A DNA stretch of 40,111 nt from an uncultured Gammaproteobacteria bacterium (GTDB taxonomy: Bacteria; Patescibacteriota; Microgenomatia; UBA1406; GWC2-37-13). A program made the translations under genes and the position numbers. Below are positions 21,894-31,376 of this stretch, one piece after another; the stretch's first letter is position 1; each line of letters starts with the position of its first letter. The notes below the pieces were generated by a model. The model was not told the DNA's origin and made no database searches. It saw nothing but the letters and a program-made list of their open reading frames with translations. Where the stretch lies: NCBI GenBank assembly GCA_964463455.1, contig CAYXCP010000001.1:16800-56910 (forward strand). Direction: 5' to 3'.

Positions 21894-23783
21894 ATGGCGT
21901 CTCTTCCAACAAATTTCGCAGCATTATGTTTACAGGCAGGTATCGCTGTAGATACCACACATTACCTGTTTATGACCACGGGTCAGTCGGGGACTTTGGA
22001 CTTATTTGTCCAAACCCCCACTGGCTCTGTGAGGATTTTCAATGCAAACTATCGTGGCTTGCTGAACGGTTCTGGTACCCCTAGTAACTCTTTAGGAGCC
22101 TCAGGCGATTACTACATTGATGATTATAACCATAAGTGGTTTGGCCCTAAACCAACCAATTCCGCTTGGGGTAGTGGTATCTCATTTATTGGGCCTACGG
22201 GCGCTACAGGGGCCACAGGAGCTTCGGGCTCTAATGGTGCTCCTGGGACGGGGATTCTATCAGGTGGACGTATTTTCGAGGTTCTAGGTAAAGCTACGGA
22301 CGACGATTATAGCACTACTTGGTATAACGTTTTTGATATTTTGGCTTTTGCCACAAACGGGCAAGACCCGATTCAAAGCTATAAGAAGATTTATCACGGC
22401 CACCTGTTTGATGAAAACGGAGACGCCGTAACGGACATTGGTTCAGGTGTTACTTATAACCCTCTCACTGATACTATTTTCGTGTTAAGCGACGGTAGTG
22501 GCTCTACACCCGCTATCTATGAATACTCTAAAGATGGAAGATTCTTGAGGGTCATTGCCCTTACAGGATTCTATGATATTGAAGCTATCAGCTTCATGAT
22601 TTGGGACTTCAACAACGTTGAAAACAGAGGTGCTTACTTTATTTTGGCCGAAGAAAGAAGCTCTTTATCAGGGACTACTTCTTCTCTTCACCAAGTTCTA
22701 ATTGACGACACGACCACCGAGCTTGTTAAGGGTGGTCCTGACCACTTAATTGATTACGAATTAGTTGGTTTGACAAAAAGTTCTCCAAACCAGGGTATTG
22801 AGGCTATGGCTTACAATCCTACCGATGGAATGGTCTATTTCTGTCTCCAAGTCCCCATTGGCTCAGACCCTTGGTGGATATACAAAGCCAGTATGGACTT
22901 AGCCACCTTTGAAACCGCTATCTTGATTGGTGGTGGGGGAGTTGGTCCCGGGGACGTAACCGAAATTCGAGACATGTGTTGGAATGCCGAGCAAAACGGC
23001 TTCATGATGATTGGTTTTAGAGGAACGCCTTCTAATGCGGTCTTAATTCGCATGGGTATAAATAGTGTCTATAACTACGCAGATATGGACCTAGATATGC
23101 TTCAACCAGAAGGTATCTGTTTGTCCGTAGAAGATAACATGTTATTTTTGGTGGGTGAAAATGCTACAGATGGGGCAGATTGGGTTGTCCTACAAAGACC
23201 AAGACTTACAAATCCATTCCTAGACGAGTCTAAGAAGCTAAAGTACTATGGTGGAAAAAACCAATACAGTGTTGTTGGAAAACAGTATCATTCCCTTGGG
23301 CGTGTAACGTTTACAGACAGTGATGGGCCTAAATCTATTCGCTCCGAGGATGCGGATGGAACATATGTATTGGCTGATGGATTTAATGAGCACGGGAACA
23401 CTCTAAAAATTACAGCGTATGGCTCTGTAGAAATTACCGAAGTTTCTCCAGGGAGTTGCGCTCTGCAATTAAGCCTTGCTAACTACATTGGATTAGCTCA
23501 AGTGGGAGGTGTAACGGGAGGCTTCGCGTTATCAATGGATATTGGAACGCATAATTGGAAGTACGAAGCTGAAATTACTTTCAGAACAGGAGATTATTTA
23601 GCTTGCTCAACATTTGAGGATTATTATGCAACGTCCGGTATTTACAAGAAGTCTATTAGTCTAGCGAGCGGTGTCAAACCGACAGATGGGAATTTTGACC
23701 TTGGAATCACGAGCGTAGAAGGTGGAACAGCCACTTATACGTACGTCGTAGATACTTACCATGTTAAACTTGAAAGAAGCTAA
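21894..23783 (+). CDS. collagen-like repeat plus YjiK/SdiA-regulated-like beta-propeller protein (probable fibre/receptor-binding protein, 629 aa)
   Basis: Seven G-X-Y triplets (GPTGATGATGASGSNGAPGTG). YNPLTDTIFVLSDGSG…IYEYSKDGRFLRVIALTGFYDIEAISF and QGIEAMAYNP…, LQPEGICL resemble the YjiK (PF06977) propeller. Confidence 0.7.
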   Translation: MASLPTNFAALCLQAGIAVDTTHYLFMTTGQSGTLDLFVQTPTGSVRIFNANYRGLLNGSGTPSNSLGASGDYYIDDYNHKWFGPKPTNSAWGSGISFIGPTGATGATGASGSNGAPGTGILSGGRIFEVLGKATDDDYSTTWYNVFDILAFATNGQDPIQSYKKIYHGHLFDENGDAVTDIGSGVTYNPLTDTIFVLSDGSGSTPAIYEYSKDGRFLRVIALTGFYDIEAISFMIWDFNNVENRGAYFILAEERSSLSGTTSSLHQVLIDDTTTELVKGGPDHLIDYELVGLTKSSPNQGIEAMAYNPTDGMVYFCLQVPIGSDPWWIYKASMDLATFETAILIGGGGVGPGDVTEIRDMCWNAEQNGFMMIGFRGTPSNAVLIRMGINSVYNYADMDLDMLQPEGICLSVEDNMLFLVGENATDGADWVVLQRPRLTNPFLDESKKLKYYGGKNQYSVVGKQYHSLGRVTFTDSDGPKSIRSEDADGTYVLADGFNEHGNTLKITAYGSVEITEVSPGSCALQLSLANYIGLAQVGGVTGGFALSMDIGTHNWKYEAEITFRTGDYLACSTFEDYYATSGIYKKSISLASGVKPTDGNFDLGITSVEGGTATYTYVVDTYHVKLERS

Positions 23784-23861
23784 ATAATTTAAAAATCATT
23801 CACATATTTCGGTATAATAGTGTATGTCGAAGATTGTTCGACAATACAACTGTGTACAAAT

Positions 23862-24023
23862 ATGAGAAAATTACCGTGGTATGATTTTGTAAGATGGCCT
23901 TCTGAACAGAGGGAAAAGTATTTGGTTTTGGTGGATGCCAAGAATCAAGCGACTCTCTATGATAAGGGAAACAAGGAGGATGAAAAGAAGTATAAGACAG
24001 CTTTAGCAAAAGTCAAGAAATAA
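23862..24023 (+). CDS. hypothetical protein (53 aa)
   Basis: The track start 23820 is GTG; ATG 23862 is preferred. A perfect TATAAT lies at 23813-23818. Confidence 0.5.
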   Translation: MRKLPWYDFVRWPSEQREKYLVLVDAKNQATLYDKGNKEDEKKYKTALAKVKK

Positions 24024-24400
24024 TGAATAAAACTTACTGTTCTGAATGTGGGCACAAAATGATCTATGAGGTCGCCAAGCCCAAGTATTGTTCGGAATGC
24101 ACTCATCCTTTAGGAGGTGCTCCAACGGTAGCTCGTCAGAAACCTCGCCCTGTTGTTGTAAATAATGATGATGACGACGATGATGACGATGACTATTATG
24201 ATGACGAACCACAAATTCCTAGACTATCCAATATTCGACTGAATGTGGATATTACTAATCCAAGGGATAACGCGGCTATTGTTGGACACGCAGTAGCAAG
24301 TAACGTGGGTGTTAATCATGACCGCCAAGACGGCAGACGTAAACACAGTTCCAAGGCTCTGCGTAAAAGAGTAAAGAGCGAGGAACCAATTGATCTATAA
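24023..24400 (+). CDS. Zn-ribbon protein with poly-Asp tract (125 aa)
   Basis: CSEC-x13-CSEC followed by a run of nine Asp (NNDDDDDDDDDYYDDE). Confidence 0.7.
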   Translation: MNKTYCSECGHKMIYEVAKPKYCSECTHPLGGAPTVARQKPRPVVVNNDDDDDDDDDYYDDEPQIPRLSNIRLNVDITNPRDNAAIVGHAVASNVGVNHDRQDGRRKHSSKALRKRVKSEEPIDL

Positions 24401-25071
24401 TGTTTAAATTTGAAGACAAGATAGACGAAATCAACAAGGTTATCAAGTCTAAGAGTGGGCGTTGGAATTTAAAACGCCTCTCTTATATAGACTTCGATGA
24501 CGTAGCGCAGATTATTCGTTTACATATCTATAACAAGTTCGATCTGTGGGACCAAACTCGCCCTATTGAAAAATGGGCTTCTGAGGTTGCCAACAATCAG
24601 ATTTACAACTTGAAGCGCAATCACTATGGACGCGTACAACCTCCTTGCATTGGTTGTAAGTTCGATCTCGATGGAGATAATGGAGAAGAGTGTGGTCTGA
24701 CTCCTAGTGGTAAAAAATGCGATGAATGCCCTCTTTACAAGAAGTGGGCGAAAGCCAAGAAGAATGCCTATGGAATGAAACTAGCTTCTTCTATTGAAGA
24801 TAACTACACAGAAAGTGCGGTTCAGGAGTTTGACATGATGGCATCTACGGACGAGTTCCACAATATTATGCTCTCACTGTTGACCAATAAGGTGAAACTG
24901 GTGTATAAGCTGTTGTACATAGACGGCTTATCAGAAGACGCTGTGGCTATTCAAGTAGGATTTAAGACTACTGAAAACAGAAAGCCAGGGTACAAGCAGA
25001 TGAGCAACATCAAGAATAAAATCTGGAAAACCGCACAATACGTAATGAATAATTACGATGTGATTAAGTAA
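24400..25071 (+). CDS. sigma-70/ECF-like factor with inserted Cys cluster
   Basis: Region-2-like DFDDVAQIIRLHIYNKFDLWD…WASEVANNQIYNLKRN. Region-4-like LVYKLLYIDGLSEDAVAIQVGF. An insert CIGC…C…CDEC lies between them. Confidence 0.6.
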   Translation: MFKFEDKIDEINKVIKSKSGRWNLKRLSYIDFDDVAQIIRLHIYNKFDLWDQTRPIEKWASEVANNQIYNLKRNHYGRVQPPCIGCKFDLDGDNGEECGLTPSGKKCDECPLYKKWAKAKKNAYGMKLASSIEDNYTESAVQEFDMMASTDEFHNIMLSLLTNKVKLVYKLLYIDGLSEDAVAIQVGFKTTENRKPGYKQMSNIKNKIWKTAQYVMNNYDVIK

Positions 25072-26213
25072 TGGGACGACCAAGGAAAAACGCAGTAGGG
25101 CTACCTCTCTTACCTACAACTAAGAACGAAGCCGAAGTAATCATTAGTAAATTTCGTTATAGACTTGACGAAAAGCAGCAGGATTTTATCCGCGAAAATT
25201 ACTTGAAGATCAATGATCTTCTTAAGTTAGCTCAGGTCTGTTATGATAATCCATTGATTGTAGAGGATTCGGAAGAGGTAGATAACGTTCGTAAGTTTAC
25301 AGCACGAGTAAGGAACGGGAACGAATGTTTCCCGTTCACTCGTGAACAAATTCAATTCATCATTGATAACGGCGAATTACAGAGCCCTATTGAGGTTTGT
25401 CGTGCGCTATTTCCCGACAAACAATCCTTGGTTATCGAATCTCAAACTGCATCGGAGATTCTAAAGGCTAATAAGATCGAAACCCGTAAGGATACAGGTA
25501 TTCCATTAAAAGATGCTGATTATGAGCCTCCGCGTATGGATGCTCAGATCATTGCAAAGATCAATGCAGCCGATATTAACGCGAAGCTGCATATGAATGA
25601 TCTTGGCTCTGACTCTCGTAAAAAAGAACGAGTCACGGCACTTAAGAGAAACATGGGCTCTGCTAGGTTTATTGCTGTAGCTTCGGCTCACAAGCCCGGA
25701 ATCAGCCGTGACCTGTTTGAATCTGAGTTCATTCGTCATACGCATGACAAACCAGACCTAACCGCAGAAGAAGCTAACTCTTACATCAGTTTGTGTAATG
25801 AGTACGTGTTATCTGTTGCGTTAGATAAGCAACTCCGAGACCTGACTGAAAAACTGTACACTGCGATGCAGAACACAGAAGGAAAGTCATACAATAAAGA
25901 GTATAACAGGGAGATTTCCGAAACTCGTGCGTCTATTGCGGACGAGTATCACAAGTGTCAAGACCGTATCAAGAAGCTACAGGAAAGCTTGAACGGCACT
26001 CGTGCTAAAAGACTACAACTACAAGGACAAGCTAATGAATCTCTCGCAAAGTGGATTGACCTTGTTAAAACAGAAGAAGGGCGTGAGAAGCTTAGACGAC
26101 TTGATGAATCCCGTAACCTTCTTATCGCAGACGAAATCAGACGTATTGAAACCTTTGACCATTTGGTCGCCGAGTTTGCCGGATTGAGCGTCTCTGAGAT
26201 TTTGAAATTCTAA
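25071..26213 (+). CDS. hypothetical DNA-binding/coiled-coil protein (380 aa); small-terminase candidate by position only
   Basis: N-terminal GRPRK, two HTH-like segments, long C-terminal coiled coil. Lies two genes upstream of TerL. Confidence 0.7.
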   Translation: MGRPRKNAVGLPLLPTTKNEAEVIISKFRYRLDEKQQDFIRENYLKINDLLKLAQVCYDNPLIVEDSEEVDNVRKFTARVRNGNECFPFTREQIQFIIDNGELQSPIEVCRALFPDKQSLVIESQTASEILKANKIETRKDTGIPLKDADYEPPRMDAQIIAKINAADINAKLHMNDLGSDSRKKERVTALKRNMGSARFIAVASAHKPGISRDLFESEFIRHTHDKPDLTAEEANSYISLCNEYVLSVALDKQLRDLTEKLYTAMQNTEGKSYNKEYNREISETRASIADEYHKCQDRIKKLQESLNGTRAKRLQLQGQANESLAKWIDLVKTEEGREKLRRLDESRNLLIADEIRRIETFDHLVAEFAGLSVSEILKF

Positions 26214-26214
26214 A

Positions 26215-27147
26215 ATGACCTGTTCTATTTGTAACAAGGAATACAGTTCGATGAACGGACTGCATTTACATATATCTAAGACTCATTCGTGGAAGCCAGA
26301 GCAGTATTACCATACGTTCTATCCACGTACGGATTTGTACACTGGAGAGCTTATCAAGTATAAAACCCTAGAACAATACAATTCGGACTCATTCAACTCC
26401 CGAGAAAACTTCGCTAATTGGGTTCGAGAGGAACCGAATCAAGCTAAGGTTCGAGAGTTCTGCTTACGAAGCTTGAAAGACAGATTGAGTAAAAAGGGGT
26501 CTGATAGTCTCCCCGCTCAAGTAGAACTTAAGAGTTTAATGCTCCCCTCCGTATTTGGTTGGGAAAAACTCTTCGGCAGTACTGAGAATTTCGTCAAAGC
26601 CCTTGACGATAACGACATCCAACCTAAGTACAACTACACAGAAATCCCTACCGTGAAAAGCGGTAAGGATTTTGTCATTTACGAGGATTCCCGTGAGCAG
26701 ATGCCGCTACTTTTAGATTGTAAGGTTGAGAAGCTTAAGCTGCCAGTAGGTGACTATACGATTTCTAAGGAATACTTCTCAGATGTTTACGTAGAACGTA
26801 AATCGTTGAACGATTTGGTTGGAACTTTAACGGGAGGCTTGGAAAGGTTTGAAAACGAGATAAAAAAGGCTAAAGACCTAAGCTCATATATAGTTGTATT
26901 GGTAGAGGATTTGTTCCAAGAGGTCTATCATTACGTCTCTACTAATCGTTATACTAAGAAGGTAAATGGAGCCCATATCTTCCATGTAATCAGACGATTG
27001 ATGTCGGAATACGATAACATTCAGTTCTTATTCGCAGGAAATAGGCGCACCGCGTCTGAAATCTGTGTAAAGATACTTAAGATGGGGTCGCAGGTCCGTA
27101 ACGTGGACCTTGAATACCTCAAAGACAAAGGGTTCTTTAAACAATAG
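26215..27147 (+). CDS. C2H2 zinc finger fused to an ERCC4 (XPF/Mus81/Hef)-type nuclease domain
   Basis: C3-x2-C6-x12-H19-x4-H24. ERCC4 signature YEDSREQ … VGDYTI … VERKSLNDLVGTL. The only gene in the window that ends in TAG. Confidence 0.8.
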   Translation: MTCSICNKEYSSMNGLHLHISKTHSWKPEQYYHTFYPRTDLYTGELIKYKTLEQYNSDSFNSRENFANWVREEPNQAKVREFCLRSLKDRLSKKGSDSLPAQVELKSLMLPSVFGWEKLFGSTENFVKALDDNDIQPKYNYTEIPTVKSGKDFVIYEDSREQMPLLLDCKVEKLKLPVGDYTISKEYFSDVYVERKSLNDLVGTLTGGLERFENEIKKAKDLSSYIVVLVEDLFQEVYHYVSTNRYTKKVNGAHIFHVIRRLMSEYDNIQFLFAGNRRTASEICVKILKMGSQVRNVDLEYLKDKGFFKQ

Positions 27148-27152
27148 ATATT

Positions 27153-28997
27153 ATGGCTTGGATTGCTGGACATCACCATCCTCAAAAGGATAAGGCTCCG
27201 CTCGCGGAGGAACTGTATAAGGTTAAAGGGAAGCTAGATGACGATGAAGCGCGTAAGTGGTTCGTGAAGTTCTGTATGGCAAACCTGTCCTTTGCTACCA
27301 ACATCCTTATTGGTGTAAAACTAGCGCCTATTCAAGAAATCAAGCTGCGTAGCTTCTTTTTACGTAACTTTATTCTTGATATTGAAGGTCGTGGTAGCGG
27401 TAAGAGCTTTGTTGTAGCTGTGTTTATTGTGCTATACGCCCTGTTTAATCCTGGCGTAAGAATTGGCATTTGTTCTGCTACTTTCCGTCAAAGCAAGATG
27501 CTTTTCAGAACTATTGAGAAGTTCAGCAAGGATGAAAAGGGCAAACTATTCAAACAGTGTATTGTAGGAGACCCGATTCACTCAGCCGACTTGTATGAAA
27601 TGCAGATCGGAAGATCGGTTGTCGTGGCTGTACCTCTCACAGAAAAGATTCGTGGTCTTCGTTTCAACGTGGTTGTTTTGGACGAGTTAATGCTCATTCC
27701 TAATGACATCATTGACAACGTTATCATTCCGTTCTTGTCTGCAAGTCAGGATGGTATGGAAAACAAGGAAATTTTCGATGCAGAAACTAAGTTGATTGCC
27801 GCTGGTCGTTTAACGGAAGCGCAAAGAACTAAGTTCCCATCAAATAAAGTAATAGGAATGTCTTCTGCGAGCTTTAAGTTTGAGCCTCTATATAAGGACT
27901 ACTACGAGAAGTACATGGACAAGATACTTGATGAAAAGGAAACGGGGGTGAACCACGCTCTTATCAAGTTCTCTTATGAAATTGCTCCCCCTGGTTTGAT
28001 GAACATGGAAATCATTGAGGACGCTCGTTCCAGAAACTCTAAAGCTACATTTGATCGAGAATATCGCGCTATCTTCACAGATGACGCCTCAGGATTCTTT
28101 AGTGTTGAAAGTATTAACAGGGCCAGTCTTAGAGGGAATGACCCTACATGTATTCGCTTGAAAGGCTTGCCCGACAAAAAATACATTCTGTCCATAGACC
28201 CGAACTACAATCAGTCAGATACTTCTGACCACTTCGCTATGGCAGTGTTCGAGATAAATGAGGAAAACGAATCTGTGGCCCTTGTGCATTCGTATGCCTT
28301 AGCCAATAGTAAGTTGGGGAAACGTAGTTTGTACTTCAAATACATCCTAGAGAGTTTCAACATTGTCTATATTATTGCGGATAATGCGGGTGGTCCTGAG
28401 TTTATCTCTGACGTAGAACAGTTCTTAGGAAAGCTGCCTCAGCCTATTATTCGCTTTGAAGACACCTTCCTTGATGGCGAAGAAGGTATTAGAGAAGCCC
28501 GCAAGGCTTACAACCCAAATATAGGTAAGATGTTCCATTCTCAAATTTTCGGTCAAAAGGGGTGGTACCTTACAGCAAATATGGCGCTGCAAGCGGACCT
28601 TGAACATGGTAAGATGCTTTTCGCTGCTCCTATCTTCAACGAGGCTACTCGCTTGAAAATGCTGAAAGAGGATGTTCCTATTCATGAATTGGAGTTCGCG
28701 CCACAATATGATAAGATGGTGCCTCAGGAAAAGATGCACGAATTCATAGATCACCAAAACTATCTACTTGACCTTACTAAGAAGGAATTAACGTTGATTG
28801 AAGTGAAGGCTAACGCTACGGGGCACCATAGTTTTGACCTACCTAAGAATCTCAAGATTACAGATGACGTAAACAGGGCTCGTAAGGACTCTTATACTAC
28901 TCTTCTCCTTGGGTGTTGGGCTGCGAGATGCTATTTCGAGATGAAGAAGATGCCTGAGAAGCGTAAGTCTAGTTTTAAGCCCTGCTTTGTGGCTTAA
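27153..28997 (+). CDS. terL: terminase large subunit
   Basis: Walker A GRGSGKS and Walker B VVVLDELM. C-terminal RNaseH-like nuclease acidic motifs (SIDPN…, IIADNAGG). 614 aa, immediately upstream of the portal. Confidence 0.85.
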   Translation: MAWIAGHHHPQKDKAPLAEELYKVKGKLDDDEARKWFVKFCMANLSFATNILIGVKLAPIQEIKLRSFFLRNFILDIEGRGSGKSFVVAVFIVLYALFNPGVRIGICSATFRQSKMLFRTIEKFSKDEKGKLFKQCIVGDPIHSADLYEMQIGRSVVVAVPLTEKIRGLRFNVVVLDELMLIPNDIIDNVIIPFLSASQDGMENKEIFDAETKLIAAGRLTEAQRTKFPSNKVIGMSSASFKFEPLYKDYYEKYMDKILDEKETGVNHALIKFSYEIAPPGLMNMEIIEDARSRNSKATFDREYRAIFTDDASGFFSVESINRASLRGNDPTCIRLKGLPDKKYILSIDPNYNQSDTSDHFAMAVFEINEENESVALVHSYALANSKLGKRSLYFKYILESFNIVYIIADNAGGPEFISDVEQFLGKLPQPIIRFEDTFLDGEEGIREARKAYNPNIGKMFHSQIFGQKGWYLTANMALQADLEHGKMLFAAPIFNEATRLKMLKEDVPIHELEFAPQYDKMVPQEKMHEFIDHQNYLLDLTKKELTLIEVKANATGHHSFDLPKNLKITDDVNRARKDSYTTLLLGCWAARCYFEMKKMPEKRKSSFKPCFVA

Positions 28998-28999
28998 TC

Positions 29000-29013
29000 T
29001 CCTTAATTAAGGA
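29000..29013. other. perfect 14-bp palindrome TCCTTAATTAAGGA just after the terL stop
   Basis: The sequence is self-complementary. Function unknown; it could be a weak hairpin or a protein-binding site. Confidence 0.5.
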
Positions 29014-29060
29014 AAAAATTTCCCTTAGCCAAATATTTAATGTAGGAAACTGTATTAAAT

Positions 29061-30965
29061 ATGAAACCGAAGCCTAAAGAACCTAAAACCAGGAACGACG
29101 GACATGAGCCAAGCATCTTTATGGCTGGTTATACGTCCAACGCTAGTTCGGCTAAACTGCCTTATACAACAAGTTTTGCTTCTCGAACATCTGTTCAGAA
29201 GAACAAGATTGATTCTAGTGGAATCAACGGAGAGCTTGAAAACATCAAGAAAGGTGTCTCTCCTATGCAGGCGGGACAGGAAGGAAGTATTTCCGTAGCT
29301 GATGTAATTGAGTTATGTCAAAAAGCATATTGGAACGTAGCGATTTTCCGTTCTACGATTGACATTCAAACTGAGTTTGCGAACTCTAAGCTATCCTTCC
29401 GTTCTCCAAATAAGACTGTAGAAAAGTTCTATACAGCTTGGTACGATAAAATCGGTGGCCCAATGCTTGCAGAACAAACATTCAGAGAATGGTTCCGTTC
29501 AGGAAACGTCTTCCTTCTTCGCTTTGATGGAGAGATCGAATACTCCGAATACCGTAAGATTACTCGTGCAGCAGATAAGTCCCTGATAAAGAAGGTAATT
29601 CCGCTACGATATATCTTACTAAACCCTAAAGACATTCGCTGTTGTGGAGCGTCGTCTTTCATTGATGCCGAATACGCAAAGGTGTTGAACGATTATGAAC
29701 TGAACCGTTATAAGTCTCCGAACCTTACTCCAGCAGAACAGGAGTTCCTTGATACGCTTCCTGCTGATGTTCGCAAAGCCATCAAGAACGGCCAACGCCC
29801 ATTGATTAAGTTGGATGCCGATAAACTGACGGCCCTATTCTGCTCTAAGCAGGATTATGAGGCGATGGCTGTGCCGATGTACTACCCTGTTCTATGCGAT
29901 ATTAACTTGAAGTTGGAATTTAAGAAAGCTGAACAAGTTATCGCCCGCACAGTGGACTACGCCGTATTGCTTGTTACCGCAGGTGACGAGGAAAGAGGTG
30001 ACATGGGCAATGAAGACATCCGCAAAGCTCTTGTGGAGCTTTTCGCTTCTGAAAGCGTTGGCCGTGTTCTTATTTCAGATTGGACCACAAAGGCTGACTT
30101 CATTATCCCCGATCTGAATAAGATTTTCGGGGCCGAGAAGTACAAGGTGGTTAATGAAGACATCGCAAACGGTCTTATGAACATCTTTTGGGGTGAAGAG
30201 AAGTTTGCAAACTCTATGGTTAAAATTCAAGTGTTTCTTGAAAGGTTGAATCAGGCTCGTGAGGCTTATATCAATCAATTCCTGAAACCAGAAATGAAAA
30301 GGATTGCGGAAACACTAGGGTTCAACACAATCCCTGAGGTAGAGTTCTCTACAATCAACCTTAAGGACGAGGTAGAATACATGAAAATCTACATTCGTTT
30401 GGCTGAGCTTGGATTACTGTCCCCTCAAGAATTGTTTACTGCTCTACAAGTTCAACAACTTCCTCTGAAAGAGGACTCTGTGATTTCTCAGAAAGAATTC
30501 AAGACACAAAAGGACAACGGTTTGTATGAGCCTCTTCTAAACAAGAAAGTTGACGAAGCTCCGGCAGGAAGACCTGCGGGAACCAAGGCTCCTAAGAAGC
30601 AAGGTTCTAAAGTTGGTCCTATTGGGACTGGCTCAAAGGCTTCATTCAGTGTTTCTAAAATCAAAGATACCGTGGAGCAACTAACCGTGTTATCTTTAGC
30701 CGTGGAAGAAATCTACAAACAGAAGAACCAAATCCAAAGATTAAGCAAGAAACATAAGGATATTTGTTGGCACGTAGCAGAATCTATTGCGATCAACGAA
30801 CCTATGGAACAATGGGCAGGACACATTTCCTCTTACATTGATAATCCTAAGATTCAAGGCGATCGTACAGACGATGCTATGTCTATTTCTGTGGCGCATT
30901 CTGTTTCACCGATAGTTGGAGCAATTCTTCTAAATGCCGTCACAAACGAAGACGAAAATGTGTAA
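29061..30965 (+). CDS. portal protein (by position and size)
   Basis: 634-aa ORF directly after TerL. No motif I can name, so this is a synteny-based call. Confidence 0.6.
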   Translation: MKPKPKEPKTRNDGHEPSIFMAGYTSNASSAKLPYTTSFASRTSVQKNKIDSSGINGELENIKKGVSPMQAGQEGSISVADVIELCQKAYWNVAIFRSTIDIQTEFANSKLSFRSPNKTVEKFYTAWYDKIGGPMLAEQTFREWFRSGNVFLLRFDGEIEYSEYRKITRAADKSLIKKVIPLRYILLNPKDIRCCGASSFIDAEYAKVLNDYELNRYKSPNLTPAEQEFLDTLPADVRKAIKNGQRPLIKLDADKLTALFCSKQDYEAMAVPMYYPVLCDINLKLEFKKAEQVIARTVDYAVLLVTAGDEERGDMGNEDIRKALVELFASESVGRVLISDWTTKADFIIPDLNKIFGAEKYKVVNEDIANGLMNIFWGEEKFANSMVKIQVFLERLNQAREAYINQFLKPEMKRIAETLGFNTIPEVEFSTINLKDEVEYMKIYIRLAELGLLSPQELFTALQVQQLPLKEDSVISQKEFKTQKDNGLYEPLLNKKVDEAPAGRPAGTKAPKKQGSKVGPIGTGSKASFSVSKIKDTVEQLTVLSLAVEEIYKQKNQIQRLSKKHKDICWHVAESIAINEPMEQWAGHISSYIDNPKIQGDRTDDAMSISVAHSVSPIVGAILLNAVTNEDENV

Positions 30966-30966
30966 C
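30960..30966 (+). promoter_or_regulatory. GTGTAA box (GTGTAAC), 17 nt upstream of ATG 30984
   Basis: Overlaps the portal stop codon. Confidence 0.3.
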
Positions 30967-30983
30967 CCAAAGAAACCACTATT

Positions 30984-31376
30984 ATGATCGCATTTGTAAA
31001 AGAAAACAAGAAAACCAGCATTTTTGGTATACTGGCGATTTTTTCCGAAGTTATTCGTAACAACCCCTCTATTATCGGCTTTCTGCCTGATGTTGTAGAA
31101 GGATATGTTTTCGGCGCATCTTCTCTAATTTTCGCCGTTCTAACTGTGATTTCTGCCCGAGACGCCAAGAGCCCTGCGCAAGCTGAGCTTGAACGTGTTC
31201 AAAAAGAGCAAGAAAAACAAGACCTTAAAGCCGAGATTAAGCAGGAGACTGCTTCTTTAGTCGAGGCTAAGGTTCCCGAAGCCGTAGCTGCTGTAACTGC
31301 CGTACCAGAAGCTTTAGTAGTAAAAGAAATAAAGACCGATACTATTACTGTATCAGATAAGGAGAAAACAGAATGA
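30984..31376 (+). CDS. membrane protein of the lysis cassette (holin or i-spanin-like)
   Basis: Two N-terminal hydrophobic segments, then a long charged coiled-coil tail. ATGA overlap with the next gene. Confidence 0.6.
   Translation: MIAFVKENKKTSIFGILAIFSEVIRNNPSIIGFLPDVVEGYVFGASSLIFAVLTVISARDAKSPAQAELERVQKEQEKQDLKAEIKQETASLVEAKVPEAVAAVTAVPEALVVKEIKTDTITVSDKEKTE

Noticed and set aside
31358-31364. Canonical TAAGGAG Shine-Dalgarno sequence 8 nt upstream of the lipoprotein ATG
   Set aside because: It is the only clear one found and lies in the coding sequence of the upstream gene (…DKEKTE). It may be fortuitous and is not evidence for general SD use.
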